Below, piece after piece: positions 7,326 through 17,698 of a stretch of 20,000 nt of DNA. The stretch spans positions 2,032,990 through 2,052,989 of the forward strand of contig OZ037838.1 in NCBI GenBank assembly GCA_964035575.1, read 5' to 3'. Position 1 is the first letter of the stretch. Each line of letters opens with the position of its first letter. Origin of the DNA: Rhynchopus sp. YZ270_cl-10. Its lineage: Eukaryota. The position numbers were made by a program, and so were the translations under genes. The notes beneath the pieces are model-generated. The model was not told the DNA's origin. It saw only the letters and a program-made list of their open reading frames with translations, and did not search any database.

Positions 7326-9167
7326 CTATTTGAAGGTCGCCTCCATCATCAGCACCAGGACCGCCCTAAGCGCCCCGTACTGACTCGTCTGCCGTCCTCC
7401 GACGCGCCCCAGCTCCTCCCGCTGATCCCACCACGCGTCCAGCGCCTCGTACGCCACCTCCGGTGCCAAGGGAGTCATTCCCTCTCGCCTGGTCCCTCCC
7501 CTGGGGAAGAAGCAGTCCGCCCACTCTTCGACATTTCTCGGCACCCTGTCCCCTTCCTTCTGGCTGTGTGGGACTAACCCTTTCGCCTCCACATCCGACC
7601 CTCGCGAGATAGGGGGAGAAGGCCGCCTTGCTGTGGTCTCCGCAGACCTGTCCTCCACTACACCGGAGCGACGAGTGTGGTTCCCCTGCGCCCGCCGCGA
7701 AGTCCCAAGGGTGGTCAGCTTCGTCCTTCTTTCCGCGTGGGACTTAGCCGTCCATCCACCAGTCTTCGCTGAACCCAAGTGGTGGTCACCAGTCAGAGCT
7801 GTTGGTGTGGTGTTGTAGCTCTGCTCTGATGGCCCCCAGACGAAGGATTCTGCTGCGGTTGCGGTGTTGTTGTCCATGGTGGTGTCGTGGTCGGCGCAGT
7901 CGGCGGAATCCTCCTCATCCATAACCTCCTCCTTCACCTCCGTTGCCGCGTCCTGTGGGGGAGCTGGGTTGCTGTTGTAGTAGCTACCTCCCACTGTCTG
8001 CGGTGTTGTCGGCTGAACTGGCTGAACTGGCTGAACTGGCTTTGCCCTCAGCACACACTTTGCGTTGGCGCTCCCACATCCCTCACACCATGTGCGCTCG
8101 CAGGAACTACAAAACCAGTGGGGGACACTACATTCGGTGATGAGTGCGCAGTTTTCGCACGTGAGCAATTCCCCCTGTCTCCCCGGGCGCTCCTCCATCC
8201 GTGACAGCGCTCCGGTGCTGTGGCACTGCATCTCTGGAAGGGGGGTGTCGGGGGCAAGGCTTCGCAGATATGCAAACGTGTTGTCTGTCATGCATAACGG
8301 CGAGAAGTGGCCAGCCTCGTGAGCTCCTGTGTGCAGCACTGCTACGGCCCCGTTCGACTTGCTGGCTGGTCTATGGATGTGCACCTTAGAGTCCGATGAC
8401 ACGACCGCCACAATGACTACCTGCAAAGCCCGTGCCAGACCCGCCAGTGCTGTCTGGTCCGCCCACGACCTGCGATCCCTGTTCCCTGCCAGGCTCATCC
8501 ATCGCACCCAGGTCGCGAGGTCGGGCATCGCATTTCTCGCCAGGTCAGCATCTCTCTTCACTCTCTCCACCGCCAGGGACCGAAGGGTCGACGATGTCAC
8601 CACCTTCCAGCTCCGCACTGACCAGCACACTGCGTCGAACGCACAGTCTCCTACTCGGAACGGCACGGGCACCTGCGGTCGGGACAGCCCCCACTTCACC
8701 AAGTTGGCCTCCAGTTCGCTGTGGGGGGTTGGGTCCTGTGCTGCTGTCTCTGGCGCCGTTTCCTTCTCGTTGCCTGTCTCTGGCTCCTCCTCCGCACTCA
8801 CCCTGATGTCTCCCTGGTGGTCGTCTGTCACTTCCAGGTTAGGTAGATGGTCGGGGGGCAAGCGTATCAAGTCCCCCTCTTCCGGGTCGACGGTGGGATC
8901 TAAGTCCACACGCTCTCGCAGAGGACCCCTCAGGCAACCAGTCAGAGACCCTCGATCCGTCGCGGCCTTCCCGATCTGTCGCTGCAGCGTCGTCCCTAGC
9001 CCCCAATTCCACCTCTGTGACATCTCCACTCTGTTCCCAAGCTTCCTGTCCGCTGCGAAACGGAGCATCTGCTGCCATATCGACGCCGCCGCGGGTCCCA
9101 GACCTCCTGTGGTCTCCAGGGCGAAGGGTGTGAACGCCAGCCGCTCCGCCGCACACGCGTCACCATG
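7326..9167 (-). CDS. C-terminal ~613 aa of element 2 polyprotein: RLE end, OTU-like protease, Cys-rich finger, low-complexity region, terminal motif
   Basis: HGDAC..FTPFALETTGG; VGDCAFDAV (8643-8651); WADQTALAGLARALQVVIV; HFSPL (8307); CENC..C..H.FCSSC...CEGC (~8053-8160); stop TAG at 7326-7328. The upstream part of the computed ORF (gap and 8-mer repeat) is an artefact. Confidence 0.88.
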   Translation of the reverse strand, partial: HGDACAAERLAFTPFALETTGGLGPAAASIWQQMLRFAADRKLGNRVEMSQRWNWGLGTTLQRQIGKAATDRGSLTGCLRGPLRERVDLDPTVDPEEGDLIRLPPDHLPNLEVTDDHQGDIRVSAEEEPETGNEKETAPETAAQDPTPHSELEANLVKWGLSRPQVPVPFRVGDCAFDAVCWSVRSWKVVTSSTLRSLAVERVKRDADLARNAMPDLATWVRWMSLAGNRDRRSWADQTALAGLARALQVVIVAVVSSDSKVHIHRPASKSNGAVAVLHTGAHEAGHFSPLCMTDNTFAYLRSLAPDTPLPEMQCHSTGALSRMEERPGRQGELLTCENCALITECSVPHWFCSSCERTWCEGCGSANAKCVLRAKPVQPVQPVQPTTPQTVGGSYYNSNPAPPQDAATEVKEEVMDEEDSADCADHDTTMDNNTATAAESFVWGPSEQSYNTTPTALTGDHHLGSAKTGGWTAKSHAERRTKLTTLGTSRRAQGNHTRRSGVVEDRSAETTARRPSPPISRGSDVEAKGLVPHSQKEGDRVPRNVEEWADCFFPRGGTRREGMTPLAPEVAYEALDAWWDQREELGRVGGRQTSQYGALRAVLVLMMEATFK

Positions 9168-9367
9168 NNNNNNNNNNNNNNNNNNNNNNNNNNNNNNNNN
9201 NNNNNNNNNNNNNNNNNNNNNNNNNNNNNNNNNNNNNNNNNNNNNNNNNNNNNNNNNNNNNNNNNNNNNNNNNNNNNNNNNNNNNNNNNNNNNNNNNNNN
9301 NNNNNNNNNNNNNNNNNNNNNNNNNNNNNNNNNNNNNNNNNNNNNNNNNNNNNNNNNNNNNNNNNNN
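9168..9367. other. Assembly gap (200 N)
   Basis: Exactly 200 Ns, consistent with a fixed-size scaffolding spacer of unknown true length. Confidence 0.99.
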
Positions 9368-9610
9368 CGCAAACCCGCAAACCCGCAAACCCGCAAACCC
9401 GCAAACCCGTAAACCCGCAAACCCGCAAACCCGCAAACCCGCAAACCCGCAAACCCGCAAACCCGCAAACCCGCAAACCCGCAAACCCGCAAACCCGCAA
9501 ACCCGCAAACCCGCAAACCCGCAAACCCGCAAACCCGCAAACCCGCAAACCCGCAAACCCGCAAACCCGCAAACCCGCAAACCCGCAAACCCGCAAACCC
9601 GTAAACCCGC
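9368..9610. repeat. (AAACCCGC)n telomere-like array 1 (~30 units, starts at the contig edge)
   Basis: Direct reading; AAACCCGT variants at 9410 and 9602. Confidence 0.98.
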
Positions 9611-12600
9611 ACTAGAAGAAAGCTCGCTAAAATGTGGCAGGATGGTGTGGTTGTGAGGTATATGGCTCCGCCGCGAATTAATGTTGAAAAGATTAGTATC
9701 ATTCAGCAAATGCAGAAATGATGTGCCTATTCATTCATAGAAAACCTGAAATGACACGGAAAAGTCGAAAAAATGAGGGAGGATGTAGTTTTGAGGCACG
9801 TTGCTACGCCGCGAATTATTGATACATGCTGCTGACATGACTGATACAGTAAAAGATTATCAGAAAAGGTCACTGAAATGTAGCAGGATTTACCCACTAA
9901 ATATTTGGACAAAAACTGCTAAATTTAGCAGTTTAGCAGTGTGTTTAAGGAAGGATATTTTGCTCCGCCGCTAATATTGACACATAAGAGACTGTGGTTG
10001 TTAAGCTGTTTGGATCCGCCGCAAAATTACTCACAGGGATAAGAAAGCTCGCCAACATGTAGCAAGCTTGTCTGGTTGTGGTGTGGTTGCTCCGCCGCTA
10101 TTAATTTTTCAGGTTTGCATGACTATAAGAAAGTTTGCACAGTTTGCACAATGTTATTTACTATCATCTCCGGGGAAGACTGCTACCAGTGTCAAAATAA
10201 TGGTACTTGTGTGCTTGGCTATTTTCCACACATCTTAACGTAAGGAAGGCACGTTTATTTTGAGACTTCCCATGTTTGACAAAGTTGTGTGGCAAGCGAT
10301 AATCGTTGTGCTTCCAATGAACAACGACACTGTTCTAAATACTGACTTGTGCTGGGAAACCTGTCATCAATGTCAAAAATATGGTGGTTTTCTGTTTTCT
10401 AAAATCATGTAAAAACTGATACATGCATTTTAAGTCAAAAATACCCATTTCTCAGTGCAAATTGACCCCACCACAGCACGCACAGACTCCAGAGACCCAA
10501 AATCAAAATTTTTTTTTTTTGATTTTTTGTAGGCAAAAATTGCTTGGAAAATTTTTTGGTCAAAAATCCTGGTTTTTGGGGTATCATACATGTGTATGAC
10601 CAATTTTCAGGTGGTCAAAAGTGGTGTCTGACCCCCATGTCCAGGTTATGGAAATGTCCTATGAAGCCATTGCGAAGGAATTTGGTACTTTTGAGCATTG
10701 CACATTATGTACTGACCAAAAAACCCACACAATACCCCAAAAACACCAAAAAACATGTAAAAACTGAAACATGAATTTTAGGTCAAAAATACCCATTTCT
10801 CAGCGCAAATTGACCCCATCACAGCACACACAGACTCCGGAGAGCCAAAATCAAAAATTTTTTTTTTCGATTTTTTGTAGGCAAAAATTGCTGGGAAAAA
10901 TTTTTTGGTCAAAATCCTGGTTTTTGGGGTCTCATACGTGTGTATGACCAAATTTTAGCTGCTCTAATGTGGTGTCTGACCCCCATGTTCAGGTTATGGA
11001 AATGTCCTATGAAGCGATTGTCGAAGGAATTTTGTACTTTTGAGCATTGCACATTATGTACTGACCAAAAAACCCACCTAAAACCCCCAAAACACCAAAA
11101 ATCATGTAAAAACTGATACATGCATTTTAGGTCAAAAATACCCATTTCTCAGCGCAAATTGACCCCATCACAGCACACACAGACTCCGGAGACCCAAAAT
11201 CAAAAATATTTTTTTTCGATTTTTTGTAGGCAAAAATTGCTGGGAAAAATTTTTTGGTCAAAATCCTGGTTTTTGGGGTCTCACACATGTGTATTACCAA
11301 ATTTTAGGTGGTCAAAAGTTGAGTCTGACCCCCATGTCCAGGTTATGGAAATGTCCTATGAAGCGATTGTCGAAGGAATTTTGTACTTTTGAGCATCAGA
11401 AATTAGGTACTGACCAAAAAACCCACCTAAAACCCCAAAAACACCAAAAATCATGTAAAAACTGATACATGCATTTTAGGTCAAAAATACCCATTTCTCA
11501 GCGCAAATTGACCCCATCACTGCACGCACAGACTCCGGAGAGCCAAAATCAAAAATTTTTTTTTTCGATTTTTTGTAGGCAAAAATTGCTGGGAAAAATT
11601 TTTTGGTCAAAATCCTGGTTTTTGGGGTCTCATACGTGTGTATGACCAAATTTTAGCTGCTCTAATGTGGTGTCTGACCCCCATGTTCAGGTTATGGAAA
11701 TGTCCTATGAAGCGATTGTCGAAGGAATTTTGTACTTTTGAGCATTGCACATTATGTACTGACCAAAAAACCCACCTAAAACCCCCAAAACACCAAAAAT
11801 CATGTAAAAACTGATACATGCATTTTAGGTCAAAAATACCCATTTCTCAGCGCAAATTGACCCCATCACAGCACACACAGACTCCGGAGACCCAAAATCA
11901 AAAATATTTTTTTTCGATTTTTTGTAGGCAAAAATTGCTGGGAAAAATTTTTTGGTCAAAATCCTGGTTTTTGGGGTCTCACACATGTGTATTACCAAAT
12001 TTTAGGTGGTCAAAAGTTGAGTCTGACCCCCATGTCCAGGTTATGGAAATGTCCTATGAAGCGATTGTCGAAGGAATTTTGTACTTTTGAGCATCAGAAA
12101 TTAGGTACTGACCAAAAAACCCACCTAAAACCCCAAAAACACCAAAAATCATGTAAAAACTGATACATGCATTTTAGGTCAAAAATACCCATTTCTCAGC
12201 GCAAATTGACCCCATCACAGCACACACAGACTCCGGAGACCCAAAATCAAAAATATTTTTTTTCGATTTTTTGTAGGCAAAAATTGCTGGGAAAAATTTT
12301 TTGGTCAAAATCCTGGTTTTTGGGGTCTCATACGTGTGTATGACCAAATTTTAGCTGCTCTAATGTGGTGTCTGACCCCCATGTTCAGGTTATGGAAATG
12401 TCCTATGAAGCGATTGTCGAAGGAATTTTGTACTTTTGAGCATTGCACATTATGTACTGACCAAAAAACCCACCTAAAACCCCCAAAACACCAAAAATCA
12501 TGTAAAAACTGATACATGCATTTTAGGTCAAAAATACCCATTTCTCAGCGCAAATTGACCCCATCACAGCACACACAGACTCCGGAGACCCAAAATCAAA

Positions 12601-14116
12601 AATATTTTTTTTCGATTTTTTGTAGGCAAAAATTGCTGGGAAAAATTTTTTGGTCAAAATCCTGGTTTTTGGGGTCTCACACATGTGTATTACCAAATTT
12701 TAGGTGGTCAAAAGTTGAGTCTGACCCCCATGTCCAGGTTATGGAAATGTCCTATGAAGCGATTGTCGAAGGAATTTTGTACTTTTGAGCATCAGAAATT
12801 AGGTACTGACCAAAAAACCCACCTAAAACCCCAAAAACACCAAAAATCATGTAAAAACTGATACATGCATTTTAGGTCAAAAATACCCATTTCTCAGCGC
12901 AAATTGACCCCATCACTGCACGCACAGACTCCGGAGAGCCAAAATCAAAATTTTTTTTTTTCGATTTTTTGTAGGCAAAAATTGGTGGGAAAATTTTTTT
13001 TGGTCAAAAATCCTGGTTTTTGGGTCTCATACATGTGTATGACCAAATTTCAGGTGGTCAAAAGTGGTGTCTGACCCCCATGTCCAGGTTATGGAAATGT
13101 CCTATGAAGCCATTGCCGAAGGAATTTTGTACTTTTGAGCATCAGAAATTAGGTACTGACCAAAAAACCCACACAAAACCCAAAAACACCAAAAATCATG
13201 TAAAAACTGATACATGCATTTTAGGTCAAAAATACCCATTTCTCAGCGCAAATTGACCCCACCACAGCACGCACAGACTCCGGAGAGCCAAAATCAAAAA
13301 ATTTTTTTTTCGATTTTTTGTAGGCAAAAATTGCTGGGAAAAATTTTTTGGTCAAAATCCTGGTTTTTGGGGTCTCATACATGTGTATGACCAAATTTTA
13401 GGTGGTCAAAAGTGGAGTCTGACCCCCATGTCCAGGTTATGGAAATGTCATATGAAGCCATTGCTGAAGGAATTTTGCACTTTTGCGCATCAACAATTAT
13501 GTACTGGGCATTTTTCCCACACAAATTTGACCCAGTACTCAAGGACAATTTGACCTTGGTTCTTCTCTCAGGGTCTTCTGACCAATTTTTAACATGTCTA
13601 AAATGGTATCTGACCCCCATGTCCAGGTCATAAAAACGCCCAATCAGTCCATTAAAGCCACAGATTTGATGTTTTGAGTAGTTGTGGTTAAATGTGGCCC
13701 AATTTTCCCAGCCAAAAAATGACCCCAAAAATCACGAAAAAAAATATTTTAAAGCCGATACACTTACACACCTAAATTTGGCCCAATATGTCCAATGTGG
13801 TCCTCCAGGGTTGCAATGGCCTCATTTTATGGGCATACTGGCCATATTTCATACTTATGTCACATTTTGAAATTTTCGTCACATACAATACACACACCTT
13901 AGAACCACAAAATATCGTCAATTCCTTCACAAAAATAGCCGTGAAATGCCGCACCCATTTTAGGTATCTTCAGAAAATGCTAACATCCAAACCCAGTACA
14001 TTACGTCGTTTTTGGGCCCCAATCTACCGGAGTGTATTATCAGAAATACTGGGACCACGCGATCCAGCAATCCTGCAGCGTCGCCATTTTGTACCCCTCA
14101 AACCCGTAATAACTAG
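9611..14116. mobile_element. Non-coding cassette 1 (4506 bp): ACTAG-left arm-9 satellite monomers-right arm-ACTAG; possibly a non-autonomous element or macrosatellite unit
   Basis: Homologous to 14590-17698. It has sharp boundaries against the 8-mer arrays and no credible ORF. Mobility is inferred, not shown. Confidence 0.5.
10401..13510. repeat. ~349-bp AT-rich satellite, ~9 monomers, with a 698-bp dimeric higher-order repeat in the centre
   Basis: The anchor CATGTAAAAACTGA recurs at 10406, 10754, 11103, 11452, 11801, 12150, 12499, 12848 and 13197. Confidence 0.97.
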
Positions 14117-14589
14117 AAACCCGCAAACCCGCAAACCCGCAAACCCGCAAACCCGCAAACCCGCAAACCCGCAAACCCGCAAACCCGCAAACCCGCAAAC
14201 CCGCAAACCCGCAAACCCGCAAACCCGCAAACCCGCAAACCCGCAAACCCGCAAACCCGCAAACCCGCAAACCCGCAAACCCGCAAACCCGCAAACCCGC
14301 AAACCCGCAAACCCGCAAACCCGCAAACCCGCAAACCCGTAAAACCCGCAAACCCGCAAACCCGCAAACCCGCAAACCCGCAAACCCGCAAACCCGCAAA
14401 CCCGCAAACCCGCAAACCCGCAAACCCGCAAACCCGCAAACCCGCAAACCCGCAAACCCGCAAACCCGCAAACCCGCAAACCCGCAAACCCGCAAACCCG
14501 CAAACCCGCAAACCCGCAAACCCGCAAACCCGCAAACCCGCAAACCCGCAAACCCGCAAACCCGCAAACCCGCAAACCCGCAAACCCGC
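14117..14589. repeat. (AAACCCGC)n array 2 (~59 units)
   Basis: Direct reading; one CCCGTAAAACCC variant at 14340. Confidence 0.98.
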
Positions 14590-17500
14590 ACTAGAAGAAA
14601 GCTCGCTAAAATGTGGCAGGATGGTGTGGTTGTGAGGTATATGGCTCCGCCGCGAATTAATGTTGAAAAGATTAGTATCATTCAGCAAATGCAGAAATGA
14701 TGTGCCTATTCATTCATAGAAAACCTGAAATGACACGGAAAAGTCGAAAAAATGAGGGAGGATGTAGTTTTGAGGCACGTTGCTACGCCGCGAATTATTG
14801 ATACATGCTGCTGACATGACTGATACAGTAAAAGATTATCAGAAAAGGTCACTGAAATGTAGCAGGATTTACCCACTAAATATTTGGACAAAAACTGCTA
14901 AATTTAGCAGTTTAGCAGTGTGTTTAAGGAAGGATATTTTGCTCCGCCGCTAATATTGACACATAAGAGACTGTGGTTGTTAAGCTGTTTGGATCCGCCG
15001 CAAAATTACTCACAGGGATAAGAAAGCTCGCCAACATGTAGCAAGCTTGTCTGGTTGTGGTGTGGTTGCTCCGCCGCTATTAATTTTTCAGGTTTGCATG
15101 ACTATAAGAAAGTTTGCACAGTTTGCACAATGTTATTTACTATCATCTCCGGGGAAGACTGCTACCAGTGTCAAAATAATGGTACTTGTGTGCTTGGCTA
15201 TTTTCCACACATCTTAACGTAAGGAAGGCACGTTTATTTTGAGACTTCCCATGTTTGACAAAGTTGTGTGGCAAGCGATAATCGTTGTGCTTCCAATGAA
15301 CAACGACACTGTTCTAAATACTGACTTGTGCTGGGAAGCCTGTCATCAATGTCAAAAATATGGTGGTTTTCTGTTTTCTAAAATCATGTAAAAACTGATA
15401 CATGCATTTTAAGTCAAAAATACCCATTTCTCAGTGCAAATTGACCCCACCACAGCACGCACAGACTCCAGAGACCCAAAATCAAAATTTTTTTTTTTTG
15501 ATTTTTTGTAGGCAAAAATTGCTTGGAAAATTTTTTGGTCAAAAATCCTGGTTTTTGGGGTATCATACATGTGTATGACCAATTTTCAGGTGGTCAAAAG
15601 TGGAGTCTGACCCCCATGTCCAGGTTATGGAAATGTCCTATGAAGCCATTGCGAAGGAATTTGGTACTTTTGAGCATTGCACATTATGTACTGACCAAAA
15701 AACCCACACAATACCCCAAAAACACCAAAAAACATGTAAAAACTGAAACATGAATTTTAGGTCAAAAATACCCATTTCTCAGCGCAAATTGACCCCATCA
15801 CAGCACACACAGACTCCGGAGACCCAAAATCAAAAATTTTTTTTTTCGATTTTTTGTAGGCAAAAATTGCTGGGAAAAATTTTTTGGTCAAAATCCTGGT
15901 TTTTGGGGTCTCACACATGTGTATTACCAAATTTTAGGTGGTCAAAAGTTGAGTCTGACCCCCATGTCCAGGTTATGGAAATGTCCTATGAAGCGATTGT
16001 CGAAGGAATTTTGTACTTTTGAGCATCAGAAATTAGGTACTCACCAAAAAACCCACCTAAAACCCCAAAAACACCAAAAATCATGTAAAAACTGATACAT
16101 GCATTTTAGGTCAAAAATACTCATTTCTCAGCGCAAATTGACCCCATCGCAGCACGCACAGACTCCGGAGAGCCAAAATCAAAATTTTTTTTTTTCGATT
16201 TTTTGCAGGCAAAAATTGCTGGGAAAAATTTTTTGGTCAAAATCCTGGTTTTTGGGGTCTCACACATGTGTATTACCAAATATTAGGTGGTCAAAAGTTG
16301 AGTCTGACCCCCATGTCCAGGTTATGGAAATGTCCTATGAAGCGATTGTCGAAGGAATTTTGTACTTTTGAGCATCAGAAATTAGGTACTGACCAAAAAA
16401 CCCACACAAAACCCAAAAACACCAAAAATCATGTAAAAACTGATACATGCATTTTAGGTCAAAAATACTCATTTCTCAGCGCAAATTGACCCCATCGCAG
16501 CACGCACAGACTCCGGAGAGCCAAAATCAAAATTTTTTTTTTTCGATTTTTTGCAGGCAAAAATTGCTGGGAAAAATTTTTTGGTCAAAATCCTGGTTTT
16601 TGGGGTCTCACACATGTGTATTACCAAATTTTAGGTGGTCAAAAGTTGAGTCTGACCCCCATGTCCAGGTTATGGAAATGTCCTATGAAGCGATTGTCGA
16701 AGGAATTTTGTACTTTTGAGCATCAGAAATTAGGTACTGACCAAAAAACCCACACAAAACCCAAAAACACCAAAAATCATGTAAAAACTGATACATGCAT
16801 TTTAGGTCAAAAATACTCATTTCTCAGTGCAAATTGACCCCACCACAGCACGCACAGACTCCAGAGACCCAAAATCAAAATTTTTTTTTTTTGATTTTTT
16901 GTAGGCAAAAATTGCTTGGAAAATTTTTTGGTCAAAAATCCTGGTTTTTGGGGTCTCATACATGTGTATGACCAAATTTCAGGTGGTCAAAAGTGGAGTC
17001 TGACCCCCATGTCCAGGTTATGGAAATGTCCTATGAAGCGATTGCCGAAGGAATTTTGCACTTTTGAGCATCAGAAATTAGGTACTGTAAATTTTTTCCA
17101 CACAAATTTGACCTGGTACTCAAGGTCAATTTGACCTTCGGTTTTCTCTCAGGGTCTTGTGACCAATTTTCAACATGTTAAAAATGGAATCTGACCCCCA
17201 TGTCCAGGTCATAAAAACGCCCAATGAGTCCATTAAAGCCACAGATTTGCCCTTTTGAGAAGTTGTGGTTAAATGTGGCCCAATTTTCCCAGCCAAAAAA
17301 TGACCCCAAAAATCACGAAAAAAAATATTTTCAAGCCGATACACTTCTACACCTAATTTTGGCCCAAAGTGTCAAAAGTGAGCCTCCAGGGTCGCAATAA
17401 CCTCATTTTATGGGGATACTGTCCATATTTCATGGTTATCTCGTTTTTTGAAAATTTTATAACATATACACCCAGCACCTCAGAAACACAAAATATCGCA

Positions 17501-17698
17501 ATTTTACTCACAAAAATAGCCGTGAAATGCCACACCCATTTTAGATATTGCCAGATCGGACAAACGGGCGCACCCGGCCGGGGCTGTCGTTTCTAGGCCA
17601 CACTCTACCCGAGTGTACCATCAGAATTACTGGGAGGACGCGAACTTTGGATTCCACAAGGGTGCCAGCTCACAGACCCTCTATACGGTAATAACTAG
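14590..17698. mobile_element. Non-coding cassette 2 (3109 bp): same organisation with 5 satellite monomers
   Basis: The left arm is nearly identical to 9611-10400 (offset 4979). The length difference from cassette 1 (1397 bp) equals about four monomers. The terminal motifs are the same. Confidence 0.5.
15380..17090. repeat. ~348-349-bp satellite, ~5 monomers
   Basis: Anchor at 15385, 15733, 16082, 16430 and 16778. Confidence 0.97.

Larger units (their letters stand above)
6488..9167 (-). mobile_element. Second, divergent CRE-like RLE non-LTR retrotransposon (3' part only; cut by the assembly gap)
   Basis: The ORF contains the end of an RLE (AFTPFALETTGGLG), and its downstream domains are homologous to element 1. 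A putative 3' UTR (6518-7325) and poly(A) follow. Confidence 0.82.

Noticed and set aside
9167..9368. Direct insertion of element 2 into the 8-mer array
   Set aside because: The junction is an unsized scaffold gap and the ORF is cut mid-domain, so adjacency is not evidence of insertion.
9168..9596. N-terminal part of the computed 756-aa ORF 7326..9596
   Set aside because: It runs through the N gap and the 8-mer array; only 7326-9167 is real coding sequence.
10401..13510. CRISPR-like array interpretation
   Set aside because: Whole 349-bp units repeat with no unique spacers, no cas genes are present, and the context is eukaryotic.
10544..17596. Repeated 60-120 aa ORFs in the satellite and arms
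   Set aside because: They recur only because the satellite repeats, are broken by homopolymer length changes, and show no recognisable domain.
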